64,000 bases of DNA from a virus (IMGVR_UViG_3300032272_000003:32001-96000); one strand, 5' to 3'. Positions 18,073 through 27,420 are shown, numbered from the stretch's first letter. A program made the numbers and translations. Notes: a model not told the origin generated them from the letters alone.

Positions 18073-19143
18073 TTAATCCTCTCTGTGGTAGTATTTACCA
18101 CCAACACATGCAAAGTCAGTGATAATTACTGGTTCGATATTCACAAGCTTCTCGTGTGTATCGATATGATTCAAAGCGAATCCCAACTGCCATATTTCAC
18201 CGTTACAATACTCAGCGTCACGATGATGACCCGCCGCCATTTGCAACCAGTTGTAGCTGCCATAGGTTTCGTTGTGTAATGCCCACATTACTTGCTTGTG
18301 GTGATGTCCACTCACGCCCGGCAACCCAAGGTTACGACCTTCTGGAAAATGGTGAGCTATGAAGCAGTCGTAATAGACGCGATAGTTCTTTCCAATTTCC
18401 TTCTTAATGTCCCCTTTATTATAGGCAGCTAAATCAGCCTTTGCAATATAATTAATCTCGAACTCATCCAGACCCAAAAGCTTGGATACAGTGAACCCAT
18501 GCAGATCAGCCAGGAGCGACTGTAAAGCCGGTGTAGCATCCGCAAGGTGACGAAGGAGGCGGTACTCATGGTTTCCTTCGATCATGTCTATCTGGGCCTC
18601 TGGACAAGCTTCACGTAGAGGTTTGAGGATATTATCGTGTACAAACTTGATGCGACCGGTAACATCCCAGGTACGAGGGTCAACGAAGTAGCGACCGAAC
18701 TCAGGAAGATCAAATACGTCACCGTCAAGCACGATAATGTCGGGCTGGACACGCTTGGCGGTATCGATGAACACTGACAACCAGAATGGGTCACACTCAA
18801 TATCATGTAGATCAGATGCGCTCAGGATCGTTTTGAATCGACGGTTATTTTCACGAACAAACTTCTCACCCCAATCTAAACGCTCATTTCCGAACTCACG
18901 GTAGTGATCAACACTTGCGTGTTTGGCTGCTTGGTTCGCAATTGCTGACTGCTGGCGTGTCGGTGACATGCCTGCTTGCTTCTTGAACTCGACCCAGGTA
19001 CCAAAATGCTCTGTCCATGCTTTCTCTGGCACATTACTGTTGCCACGGAAGAAGTTTCGTGTTATTCTCTTATCAGGATATTCCTCACTGAATCGATTCA
19101 ACTCTTCGATACATTCGTCCGCTGTAAAATTTACCTCACTCAT
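18073..19143 (-). CDS. Calcineurin-like metallophosphoesterase
   Basis: SDLH, DGDVFD, GNHE, SGHHH. Confidence 0.85.
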   Translation of the reverse strand: MSEVNFTADECIEELNRFSEEYPDKRITRNFFRGNSNVPEKAWTEHFGTWVEFKKQAGMSPTRQQSAIANQAAKHASVDHYREFGNERLDWGEKFVRENNRRFKTILSASDLHDIECDPFWLSVFIDTAKRVQPDIIVLDGDVFDLPEFGRYFVDPRTWDVTGRIKFVHDNILKPLREACPEAQIDMIEGNHEYRLLRHLADATPALQSLLADLHGFTVSKLLGLDEFEINYIAKADLAAYNKGDIKKEIGKNYRVYYDCFIAHHFPEGRNLGLPGVSGHHHKQVMWALHNETYGSYNWLQMAAGHHRDAEYCNGEIWQLGFALNHIDTHEKLVNIEPVIITDFACVGGKYYHRED

Positions 19144-19151
19144 ATTATCTC

Positions 19152-19628
19152 CTAAATGTCTAATTCTATTGTTGGAATGTCTGCTGCCTCAGCCATTGCC
19201 ATCTTGCTCACCGTGTCACCGTGCTCAGAATCCCCAATACGGATTATGACATCGACGTAATCGACGAAGAAATCATCATCCTCACCAGGTTCGTCACCAA
19301 CAACCAACTCATCGTCAGTTTCAAACCGTTCCTTATCACCTAATGACGCTGGTGTGATTCCTACAGTTTTATACCCACGGTCGTAAGCAATATCATAGGC
19401 GACCTGGGCGACACCTTCGTCAATCCCATTTGCCACTATCACAATTGATTTGGTACCGTCATCGAATTCTGATAAGACCTCATCGAGCATTTCTTCAATC
19501 TCAATGTCTGCCTCCACTTCATCAAAATCCGCATCATTAGAATAGCCGATAATGCCTATTCTTAATTCTTCCTGTGGCTCTCCAAATAGAGCACCGTTTT
19601 CAAAAATGTCGCTCACTTCAACCTCCAA
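19152..19628 (-). CDS. Acidic SLOG-like nucleotide-binding protein
   Basis: RIGIIGYS, IVANGIDEGV...GYKTVGITP, DVIIRIG. Confidence 0.55.
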   Translation of the reverse strand: MEVEVSDIFENGALFGEPQEELRIGIIGYSNDADFDEVEADIEIEEMLDEVLSEFDDGTKSIVIVANGIDEGVAQVAYDIAYDRGYKTVGITPASLGDKERFETDDELVVGDEPGEDDDFFVDYVDVIIRIGDSEHGDTVSKMAMAEAADIPTIELDI

Positions 19629-20766
19629 CGATTGTAATGTGATCTGTTGCTCGTGTCACACCAGTGTAACGAAAGCGTTTCCGATCCCACCCATTAACCT
19701 TTTCATCCAAGAACAAAACATTCTTGTATTCACTGCCCTGGGCTTTGTGTACTGTTACAGCATAACCAAACGTGAAGAAGCCAACGGTACGATCATGAAA
19801 CCGTTCGTTCGGTGACTGTACTTCATCCCAGCAACCATTCGGTATCTGGATGTTATGTATTTCAAGTGATGGTCTGTCCAGAGATCGTATGCTGTAGGAG
19901 ATGGCTTGTTTGTAACCATCCTTCACTGTTGATAACGTAGATGCTGTCCCAACCCTGATGATTGTAAACCGCTCGCCGTTGAAGATACGGGTTCCGCTAT
20001 AGAATCCATTCTTGAGACACATGATGGTCTCGCCTTCTACCGGCATTTCGGTATGATATCCTTTAGCGACTCGCGCTAAAGAGTTTAAGCTGTTACGTTT
20101 TCTGTTAGTAGCACATAGCATTATATCAAAGTGGTTATCCATAAGTAAATGTTTGGTGACATTAGTGTCAAGAAAACGTACCTGTGATTTTCCTTTGTAT
20201 TTAGCCGCAGCGAACTTTCCTGTCTTCCTAACGTCTGTTGCAAGGGCGGTGATGGGGTTGCTGAGTGATGTACGAAGTACTTCAGACAACTCATAATCAG
20301 GTACCGACATGATGTTGAAGTCGTCGCCGTCCATCGATACCGCTGGTAGCTGCCAGAAGTCGCCAACGTATAAGATAGGGATGTTGTACCCCATGATGTC
20401 ATTGAAGATGGGTCGTGATAACATACTGGCCTCATCCATGATGATGGCGTCCGCGATCATGGTTTCTTGTTTCTCAAATCTGATTAGATTACCATCTTCA
20501 TCGAGGTCGGGTTTATACATGAGGGCATGTATTGTTGTAGCGTCTACACCCTTACCCTTCAATACGGATGATGCTTTGCCTGTAGGAGTAACCACTTTAT
20601 AGTCACACCCCAACTGCATTAGATGTGTTGATAATTCTTGAATGATGGTTGTCTTTCCTGTACCGGCTGGTCCGGCGAGAACATACCCTCTACTATCAGC
20701 ATTCAGAAAGAAATCGAAAGCGTTGTTTAATGCAATGTCCTGTTGTCCTGTTAGTTTGAATTGCAT
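19618..20766 (-). CDS. dda: SF1B helicase (Dda/RecD-like)
   Basis: GPAGTGKT, TPTGKA, DEASM, GDFWQLP, YAVTVHKAQGSEY, YTGVTRA. Confidence 0.92.
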   Translation of the reverse strand: MQFKLTGQQDIALNNAFDFFLNADSRGYVLAGPAGTGKTTIIQELSTHLMQLGCDYKVVTPTGKASSVLKGKGVDATTIHALMYKPDLDEDGNLIRFEKQETMIADAIIMDEASMLSRPIFNDIMGYNIPILYVGDFWQLPAVSMDGDDFNIMSVPDYELSEVLRTSLSNPITALATDVRKTGKFAAAKYKGKSQVRFLDTNVTKHLLMDNHFDIMLCATNRKRNSLNSLARVAKGYHTEMPVEGETIMCLKNGFYSGTRIFNGERFTIIRVGTASTLSTVKDGYKQAISYSIRSLDRPSLEIHNIQIPNGCWDEVQSPNERFHDRTVGFFTFGYAVTVHKAQGSEYKNVLFLDEKVNGWDRKRFRYTGVTRATDHITIVGG

Positions 20767-21352
20767 AAATCTTCTTCCACCTTGGCAATAACTAAATCCT
20801 CAACCTGGGCCAGAGACATATTCGACGTGTCGATTATATGTGCATCTGGATACAAGATGGGCGCGTTCAAGTGATAGGAGTCAACAATTCTCTGTAAGTT
20901 CAATATAAAGTAATCATCGAGTGTATCTAGCTTACCCCGGCGTTGTAAGCGGTCTGTCACGGTGTCTACATCGGCAGTCAATACGATGGCGCTGTCATAC
21001 TCTAATCGTGGCATACCGACCGCCATGAGGACGTTCATGAATGGTTTGAACTCCATTCCTTGGTACACCAGCGTTGATAGTAAGCTACGGTCACATACGA
21101 GGTTCCCAATGACCTTCAGCCTGTTGGCTTGTTTGATAACTTCCATATGACCTGCCAGGAATATCAACATCTTGGCATCATTGTCAATCCTAGTGTAACG
21201 CTTGATGATGTGTTGGTAAAGGTCTTCTGTAAAATTTGTTAAACCCTGTGGGGCATGAATGTATTTGGCATCCATTATCTTGGTGAGGTGGTTAGATATG
21301 CTCGTCTTCCCTGTCGCCTCAAATCCTTCAATTAGTACAAGTTTATTGTTCA
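20751..21352 (-). CDS. tmk: Thymidylate kinase
   Basis: IEGFEATGKTS, CDRSLLSTLVYQG. Confidence 0.85.
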
Positions 21353-21381
21353 TAGAACCTCCAGTTATAATACTAGACACG

Positions 21382-21415
21382 AAAAAGCCACCAAAGTTCG
21401 CACTATGGTGGCTTT
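21382..21415 (-). terminator. Intrinsic terminator
   Basis: AAAAAGCCACC...GGTGGCTTT. Confidence 0.65.
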
Positions 21416-21450
21416 ATTTGTCGGGACACTACCCCGACTCAGGAGTAAAC

Positions 21451-22437
21451 CTATTTGACTAGAGATTTTAGTAGTTGATCGACTGATTTTGCAACACCAC
21501 GTTTGAAGCGTTGTTGTAACTCAACCTTATCTTCCATCTCGTCACTGATGTACTGATTCAGTGCTACAGTCACACGGTACATACTGTCTGACTTGTCATT
21601 GGTACGGATTGCACCAGAAGAATACAGATCACGAATCTTGATTCGATGTTGTTCACCCATACCGGCTTCCTTAGCGGTTTCTTCCAGCAGTTCCAGAGCA
21701 CCGTTACGGTCGAACTTCTTATCGAACATCAGGGCCATGGTAGGCATGATGTAATCGTTCCAGTTGTCGATCAACAGCTTCAGGGTTGGCACAAAGTTCA
21801 CCGTGCGGTCACCGATTGTGTTGGTATGACGTGCTGACAGGTTGTAGCTGGTGTTCAGGACTTCCATATCGACCTTAGTGGTCTTGTTATGGGCTACCAG
21901 ACTCATAGAGTGCTTACCCTTACCATCGACGCTTGTGCTGACTACCAGACGCATATCCAGTTCATCTGGTACACAGTTGGTGCTGTGCATACCTGGCAGC
22001 TCTACGGTGAGCATCTGTGAGCCACCGTTACCGCTAACATATAGGGTAGTGGGGCGAGACTGAAGACCGGACAGCTCAAGCTGTTCCTTGAGGTCTGCAT
22101 ACACATCTTTGGTTTGGACTGTGCCGTACAGATCGGTTACGGCTGAGATTGCTTGACGATTGCCATCACGAAGACGATCAACAACTACGAAGTTGAATCC
22201 AGTGAAGCGACCGGTGTTTGTTTCGCCTTCAGCACGTACTGTCTCGCCGTTGTCGTTATAAAGGCCGTTAACGATGTCTACTGGGTAATCAACAGTATCC
22301 ATTGCTACTTCCCAGGCGTTGCTGAAGGGGTCCAGGTCAACGATGATTTTATTCTCGATGAGAAAGTTGTTCTCGCTGGTGAGGCCGTTTGAAACTTCGT
22401 CTGCTGTGTTGAAACCAAGGTAAGTTTTAGCTTTCAT
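21451..22437 (-). CDS. DUF932/DUF945-like early protein
   Basis: AVTDLYGTVQ, TSVDG, ARHT; own strong promoter. Confidence 0.6.
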   Translation of the reverse strand: MKAKTYLGFNTADEVSNGLTSENNFLIENKIIVDLDPFSNAWEVAMDTVDYPVDIVNGLYNDNGETVRAEGETNTGRFTGFNFVVVDRLRDGNRQAISAVTDLYGTVQTKDVYADLKEQLELSGLQSRPTTLYVSGNGGSQMLTVELPGMHSTNCVPDELDMRLVVSTSVDGKGKHSMSLVAHNKTTKVDMEVLNTSYNLSARHTNTIGDRTVNFVPTLKLLIDNWNDYIMPTMALMFDKKFDRNGALELLEETAKEAGMGEQHRIKIRDLYSSGAIRTNDKSDSMYRVTVALNQYISDEMEDKVELQQRFKRGVAKSVDQLLKSLVK

Positions 22438-22465
22438 AATTGTGTTCTCCTGTAAGTGAGATTAA

Positions 22466-22494
22466 ATAGTACCAGGGTCGATTTCAATTGTCAA
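22466..22494 (-). promoter_or_regulatory. Sigma70-type early promoter
   Basis: TTGACA-17-TACTAT. Confidence 0.75.
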
Positions 22495-22827
22495 CTAAAA
22501 CTTGTCTATATCATTCGTTAATAGTAAGTCCATCTCTTTCCTCAATTGTTCTACCTTAGCAATCACTATCTTAGACATACCCTCTGGGCACAGGACACCG
22601 TAAGGCTCTCGATAGTCTTTGCGTTTCTTCTTTGAACGAGGGAATGGAAATTTATTTGATTGCCACAGTGTCTTTATATAGCCTTTATGGTTCTTGGCCG
22701 TATAGTGGGGGAAGGTGGTGTCTACCAGAACAATCCTGACCTGGTTCATTATGTCATTGGGATTAAACTTCCCGGCGTCCTCTGGGTCCAAGACTACACT
22801 GTACTTCCTGACCATTATACACAGCAT
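22495..22827 (-). CDS. Hypothetical protein
   Basis: Likely start MLCIMVRKY downstream of the membrane gene. Confidence 0.55.
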   Translation of the reverse strand: MLCIMVRKYSVVLDPEDAGKFNPNDIMNQVRIVLVDTTFPHYTAKNHKGYIKTLWQSNKFPFPRSKKKRKDYREPYGVLCPEGMSKIVIAKVEQLRKEMDLLLTNDIDKF

Positions 22828-22829
22828 GA

Positions 22830-23012
22830 CTACCCCTTGGTGATGGCGATAATGACTGCTACTGCGACAATGAATATAATCACACCAACAAAGATACCAA
22901 TTGCTCCGATGAACGGTAACATGAAGATGAACAGGACAATACCTACTATCAATCCAAGTAGCCACTCAATACCATTTCCGATCCAACGAAAGAACCTCTT
23001 AATTGCGGTCAT
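22830..23012 (-). CDS. Small membrane protein
   Basis: Long hydrophobic stretch, AGGAG RBS. Confidence 0.7.
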   Translation of the reverse strand: MTAIKRFFRWIGNGIEWLLGLIVGIVLFIFMLPFIGAIGIFVGVIIFIVAVAVIIAITKG

Positions 23013-23110
23013 TATTATCTCCTAGTTGATTTGATTGTACAGTAATGTGGAGGTTTTGTAAACCCCTTAACGAGGAAGGTGGCCAGAAAGGCCACCTTAA
23101 TTGCTGGAGG

Positions 23111-23458
23111 TTACTCGGTGGGTTTTACTGTTTTAGGCCGACCACGACCACGCTTCTTCGGTACTTCCACTACGGTGTTATCAACACTATTGGTTGGGTC
23201 GGTCTTCACTTCTGCTTTCTTCTGTGGCTTTGGTACAACCACAAACAGCTTATGATAGGCTTCGATTGCCAGGACACCGTTGTCCAAACGTGTATCACGC
23301 ATGTGTTTCAGCATGGTTCCACCTTTTGCTTCGATATCCACCAGGCGGTGATAATCGACTGCGGCCAGGTATTCGATTGGAATAACGATAGTGTTTTCAT
23401 CTCCATCTGCGATTACAAAAACCTGCTTAGCCTTACCTTTAATTTTAACTACTTGCAT
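23111..23458 (-). CDS. Hypothetical protein with AT-hook-like tail
   Basis: KKRGRGRPK. Confidence 0.65.
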   Translation of the reverse strand: MQVVKIKGKAKQVFVIADGDENTIVIPIEYLAAVDYHRLVDIEAKGGTMLKHMRDTRLDNGVLAIEAYHKLFVVVPKPQKKAEVKTDPTNSVDNTVVEVPKKRGRGRPKTVKPTE

Positions 23459-23469
23459 TGCTCACTCCT

Positions 23470-24333
23470 TTATAGTTTGAATGTCATCTTAAAAACTCTT
23501 GAATGTCTTCCCATATTGTTTTTCACATTCACTAGTTTATACTTGCCTAAAAACCTGACAACCTGTACAAATTTGAAAGATTGTCCGTTACTTGCTATGT
23601 TATTTATAGCTTCTACAACTGACTCCTTAATATGATCAGGTTGGCGGCTAAGATCGATCAACTCACGGTTGAATTCGAAGTTCTCCTTCACAGTCTTTCC
23701 GTCTTTCAAGATGTGCCCCATTAGGTTCACCATCTCCAGGCCATCGTCCCACGCTTTTTTCAATCGTGTTTCTCGAACTCGTGGGTATGCTGAGAAGATG
23801 TTATCACCACTGTCACCACGAATACACTTGATGAACAGGTCATATTTAGGGTTGTCGGATATACGTTCAAGCTTCAGTGATGGTGCATACAATCTCACAC
23901 GATCATTAAGCAACTGTACAAAGTCTTTGTCGCTGGAGATGATCACACTCTTCTGAGTGCTCATCTTGGTTGCAAATGCTATGATGTCATCAGCCTCGGC
24001 ACCCTCGACATTCAAGGTTGGGATGTTAGTTGATTCCCTAAAGAAAGTCATTAAGTCTTCCATCACCTCTATCATCTGGGCCTTATGTTCGTGTTCTTCA
24101 CGCTTGCCTTTATATTCTGGATACAGTTCGTCACGTCTCCAGTTCTTTCTACCGTCACATGCGATTAATAGACCAGAAGCAGAGAACTTTTCAACTGAGA
24201 ACAGGATGTCGTTCAGTATCTTCTGGATGATCAGTGATTGGGAGAACTCACCATTGGTGTCTTTCATTGTCGCAAAGTACGATGCATACACCAGGTTGGA
24301 TAAATCTACTATCAGGTTTGTTGGTTTTGCCAT
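23470..24333 (-). CDS. rnh: RNase H / 5'-3' flap exonuclease (T4 rnh-like)
   Basis: IVDLSN, WRRDELYPEYKGKR, EADDII, SSDKDFVQL, GDSGDNI. Confidence 0.92.
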   Translation of the reverse strand: MAKPTNLIVDLSNLVYASYFATMKDTNGEFSQSLIIQKILNDILFSVEKFSASGLLIACDGRKNWRRDELYPEYKGKREEHEHKAQMIEVMEDLMTFFRESTNIPTLNVEGAEADDIIAFATKMSTQKSVIISSDKDFVQLLNDRVRLYAPSLKLERISDNPKYDLFIKCIRGDSGDNIFSAYPRVRETRLKKAWDDGLEMVNLMGHILKDGKTVKENFEFNRELIDLSRQPDHIKESVVEAINNIASNGQSFKFVQVVRFLGKYKLVNVKNNMGRHSRVFKMTFKL

Positions 24334-24334
24334 A

Positions 24335-24787
24335 TTATTCCCCGTCGTTGAATAGGTTGTCGTCGCTGTTGTCTTCGAATGACATTACAAACTGTTCGGA
24401 AGCTTCGTTCGCCAATACTACCAGTGCATAATGCACAAGGGTTTTGTCGATGGCTTCGGCACCTTTGATGACGTTATTCTTGACCATCACCGGTACGAAT
24501 TCTGGACTCACTTTAGAATCGATCTTCACACCCATAGCATTATCGAATGTGAATGTGATACTCGCCTGGATTTCTTTAGGCTCTTCTTGTTTGACAACTT
24601 CATCGTTGATTGGTTCAGATTCACTGGCCAAGGCAGCATCGAATAATGGTTCGACTGAGTAATCTTCAAGGGGTAGGTCCACTTCGTCGTCCTCTTCTAA
24701 TATATCACTCATAGTGGGGTTGGTTGGTTCCGGTCTTATTTCTTGCTCGGGATATATCCCAAGTAATTTGAGTAAAAAGCTGAACAT
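24335..24787 (-). CDS. Acidic hypothetical protein
   Basis: AAGGAGG RBS. Confidence 0.6.
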   Translation of the reverse strand: MFSFLLKLLGIYPEQEIRPEPTNPTMSDILEEDDEVDLPLEDYSVEPLFDAALASESEPINDEVVKQEEPKEIQASITFTFDNAMGVKIDSKVSPEFVPVMVKNNVIKGAEAIDKTLVHYALVVLANEASEQFVMSFEDNSDDNLFNDGE

Positions 24788-24870
24788 AATGTCCTCCTTC
24801 TTTAATAGACAACAGCCCGAGACAAAAGTTCCGGGCTGTTGATATGGACGTGCTTATTTAGTGGGTCTGC

Positions 24871-25212
24871 TTACTGCCAGACATATCCACCGGCACTGTT
24901 ACGCTTACCGGCCAGGACACGCTTGATGTCGTTGGCACGGACACCCAGGACTTGATAGGCTAGTTTGGTATTTGCAAAGGCATACACTTCACCAGTGGTG
25001 AGGTTGGTGCCGACCACGTTCGCATCAGAAGGTACATCTTCAGTGAGGATGAAACGGCTTTCACCAGCAAATGGAATTGTACCATGGGCTGCTTTGTTGA
25101 TTTGGCTGACTACGATACCTGTTGCTTCGGCTGCGATTGATTGTGATGGGAAGAAAGCTACAAAATTACCGTCGAGGTCATATTGAGCTACTGGGATTCT
25201 GCGTCTTGACAT
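24871..25212 (-). CDS. NUMOD1-repeat DNA-binding protein
   Basis: PVAQYDLDGNFVAFFPSQSIAA...AGGYVW, two NUMOD1-like units. Confidence 0.75.
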   Translation of the reverse strand: MSRRRIPVAQYDLDGNFVAFFPSQSIAAEATGIVVSQINKAAHGTIPFAGESRFILTEDVPSDANVVGTNLTTGEVYAFANTKLAYQVLGVRANDIKRVLAGKRNSAGGYVWQ

Positions 25213-25310
25213 AATAAATTCTCCTATGGTTAATGTCTTGATTTGTGCCGGGCGCATTTTGCTCGGCTACAACGTTAGACAATACACCAGATAAAAGTTC
25301 CATCAGAAAT

Positions 25311-25335
25311 AAAAAAAGAGGCCGAAGCCTCTTTT
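25311..25335 (-). terminator. Intrinsic terminator
   Basis: AAAAAAAGAGGCCGAAGCCTCTTTT. Confidence 0.8.
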
Positions 25336-25684
25336 ACATGTTCATAGCCTTAAGCCCGTACAACCCACATTCTTTGTAGAATTCAATCATCTCCAAAAGA
25401 GTTTTTGTGTCAGCTCCGTATATTGCTCCGTTTTTTAGGCGGAACAACAACTCATCAACACTCGTTTCTTCTGGTTCCCATTGACCCTCAAGTCCATAAC
25501 AAGAACAATGACTGGCATGTACTTCATAGAGTTTGTCATCTTTGACGAACAACACGAATGCTGCTCCTTCATAATGTTCAAACTCATACGATGCATACGC
25601 CATCGTTACTCTTGCTAAGTCCTGTGGTGTTATTTGGAACTCAGCTACTACATCATCAACACTATTAAAATCACCTTGGTACAT
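25334..25684 (-). CDS. Conserved phage hypothetical protein
   Basis: YEVHASHCSCYGLEGQWEPEET. Confidence 0.7.
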   Translation of the reverse strand: MYQGDFNSVDDVVAEFQITPQDLARVTMAYASYEFEHYEGAAFVLFVKDDKLYEVHASHCSCYGLEGQWEPEETSVDELLFRLKNGAIYGADTKTLLEMIEFYKECGLYGLKAMNM

Positions 25685-25740
25685 TTCACTATCTCCTATG
25701 TTAAGTATACATAAGTCAATAGTTTGTGTTGATGTCTGAC

Positions 25741-25769
25741 ATTAAACCACGAATGGCTTAGGTTGTCAA
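25741..25769 (-). promoter_or_regulatory. Sigma70-type promoter
   Basis: TTGACA-17-TTTAAT. Confidence 0.55.
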
Positions 25770-25771
25770 AT

Positions 25772-25845
25772 TGGCCCGCCACCAGGGAATCGAACCCCGC
25801 ACAGCGAAGTTTGGAATCTCGCTTGGTACCCAAGACCGTAGCGGA
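25772..25845 (-). tRNA. tRNA-Trp(CCA)
   Basis: Loop TTCCAAA, GTTCGA, CCA end; atypical D arm. Confidence 0.75.
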
Positions 25846-25851
25846 AGCGGA

Positions 25852-26103
25852 TTAATCGGTTGCACCGTCCTTGGCATCGAATGTGATTCGTGTGCCGGTT
25901 TTCAGTACCTTACATATTGTTGCATACGTGCCATTATCTAGCTTGATGACTGACATGCCTTTACTATCACAACTGTGCCAATGCTTCGACGTGAAGTTCA
26001 TCGTCACTGTTGCATTATGTTCTGCCGCATTGGCCACGGTAAACATAAACAGTCCTAATACGAATACCAATACATACGGCCATATACTTTCAGATATTTT
26101 CAC
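25852..26103 (-). CDS. Small exported protein
   Basis: Signal peptide ending ANA, AGGAGG RBS. Confidence 0.65.
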   Translation of the reverse strand: MKISESIWPYVLVFVLGLFMFTVANAAEHNATVTMNFTSKHWHSCDSKGMSVIKLDNGTYATICKVLKTGTRITFDAKDGATD

Positions 26104-26149
26104 AACATCCTCCTTTATGGATCAAACCCTGGGCTTACTGGGTCTTGCC

Positions 26150-26272
26150 TCATACACCCATACCTTCATCAGGATTCATACCCTTTTCGTCTGGTGTAAT
26201 TATAAAGTCTTCTTCGTCGCGGGTAATACCTCCACCAGCACCGCTAGACAACTCTTTTGTACTTAATTTCAT
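26150..26272 (-). CDS. Small acidic peptide (40 aa)
   Basis: AGGAG RBS, MKLSTKELSSGAGGG... Confidence 0.45.
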   Translation of the reverse strand: MKLSTKELSSGAGGGITRDEEDFIITPDEKGMNPDEGMGV

Positions 26273-26290
26273 GTTACTTCTCCTGTTGTT

Positions 26291-26363
26291 TGGAGCGGAT
26301 AGAGGGATTCGAACCCTCACTACACGGTTTGGAAGACCGGCGACTCACCTCAAGCTTATCCGC
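26291..26363 (-). tRNA. tRNA-Gly(TCC)
   Basis: Cloverleaf, CTTCCAA loop, CCA. Confidence 0.9.
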
Positions 26364-26369
26364 ATTGTT

Positions 26370-26445
26370 TGGTACCCGGAGTTGGTATCGAACCAACCAC
26401 CTCACCCTTATCAGGGGTGCGCTCTACCATCTGAGCTATCCGGGT
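26370..26445 (-). tRNA. tRNA-Ile(GAT)
   Basis: CTGATAA loop, CCA. Confidence 0.92.
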
Positions 26446-26446
26446 G

Positions 26447-26520
26447 CACCCTTGGCAGGAGTCGAACCCGCGAATGGGAGGATAGAAGCCTCCTGCCTTA
26501 GTCCACTTGGCGACAAGGGT
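26447..26520 (-). tRNA. tRNA-Arg(TCT)
   Basis: CTTCTAT loop; full CCA not encoded. Confidence 0.88.
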
Positions 26521-26525
26521 ATTTA

Positions 26526-26602
26526 TGGTGGTAATGGTTGGAATCGAACCAACGACCTTCTGGGCTTCACGCAGACACTCTTCCGACCTGAGTTACATTA
26601 CC
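26526..26602 (-). tRNA. tRNA-Phe(GAA)
   Basis: GTGAAGC loop, CCA. Confidence 0.85.
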
Positions 26603-26608
26603 TTAATT

Positions 26609-26683
26609 TGGTGCCCAATCCACGAATCGAACGTGATTCTGCGGGTTACAAATCCGCTGCATCGCCAGCAATGCTTATCGGGC
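26609..26683 (-). tRNA. tRNA-Thr(TGT)
   Basis: TTTGTAA loop, CCA. Confidence 0.9.
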
Positions 26684-26760
26684 TGGCACCCTTGGAGAGA
26701 CTTGAACTCCCGACAACTCTGCTTCGTAGGCAGATGCTCTTCCAACTGAGCTACAAGGGT
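26684..26760 (-). tRNA. tRNA-Arg(ACG)
   Basis: CTACGAA loop, CCA. Confidence 0.92.
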
Positions 26761-26767
26761 ATAAATT

Positions 26768-26842
26768 TGGGGTGACCACGGGTATCGAACCCTGTCTGAG
26801 ATATTCACAGTATCTCGTGCTAACCATTACACTATAATCACC
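26768..26842 (-). tRNA. tRNA-His(GTG)
   Basis: CTGTGAA loop, G-1, C discriminator. Confidence 0.9.
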
Positions 26843-26854
26843 ACACTACTAATG

Positions 26855-26929
26855 CATCACTGACGGGACTCGAACCCGCATCTGCCAGATTGAAAGTCTG
26901 GTGTTCTATTCCAATTAAACTACAGTGAT
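26855..26929 (-). tRNA. tRNA-Glu(TTC)
   Basis: CTTTCAA loop; full CCA not encoded. Confidence 0.88.
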
Positions 26930-26933
26930 AAAT

Positions 26934-27011
26934 TGGCTGGTAGAGTCGGACTCGAACCGACCTCATTCTCCGTTAACAGCGGAGCGCACTCGCCTGGAAC
27001 GCTATCTACCA
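26934..27011 (-). tRNA. tRNA-Asn(GTT)
   Basis: CTGTTAA loop, CCA. Confidence 0.9.
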
Positions 27012-27019
27012 ATAAATCT

Positions 27020-27148
27020 TCAAGTGAGTATTCCTATTTAGAAGACTTCGCCCTCACTTACGGCGTCTTTATCTATTTGGGAGCTGGGCACCACCCCCAG
27101 CAACTCCCGGCTAAACGCCAGGTCGGTTATCTTACCATACATCCCAAA
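27020..27148 (-). ncRNA. Non-canonical tRNA-like cloverleaf plus 3' pseudoknot
   Basis: TTTGGGA/TCCCAAA stem, three arms without TTCG T-loop; downstream loop AAGTGAG pairs with CTCACTT. Confidence 0.5.
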
Positions 27149-27151
27149 TCT

Positions 27152-27226
27152 TGGTGGGCCTGGGGAGTTTCGAAATCCCGACCCAGCGATTATGAGTCGC
27201 TTGCTCTGCCTCTGAGCTACAGGCCC
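27152..27226 (-). tRNA. tRNA-CAT, probably Ile2 (lysidine)
   Basis: CTCATAA loop, GGGCCTG acceptor. Confidence 0.88.
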
Positions 27227-27229
27227 AAT

Positions 27230-27420
27230 TGGTAGCGAACCTTGGTCATGACCCAAGCCTCCCAGCTAATGAGCCGGTGAGTTAATTCGCATCAATACGG
27301 CGAGGGGAACGTGGTTATTAATATTACCAGATACACCCTCTAAATTCGTTGGACTTATGGGATTGCCCTGCCATCGTTGTTTAGTGTAGCAGCCAAATTA
27401 TGAGTCTCGCTATTCGCTAC
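27230..27420 (-). ncRNA. About 190-nt tRNA-like RNA with CCA end
   Basis: AGCGAAT/GTTCGCT-ACCA acceptor stem, T-like arm CTTGG-GTCATGA-CCAAG, long insertion. Confidence 0.55.

Noticed and set aside
27020-27420. tmRNA
   Set aside because: No G3:U70 alanine acceptor with canonical T-loop and no tag reading frame recognised
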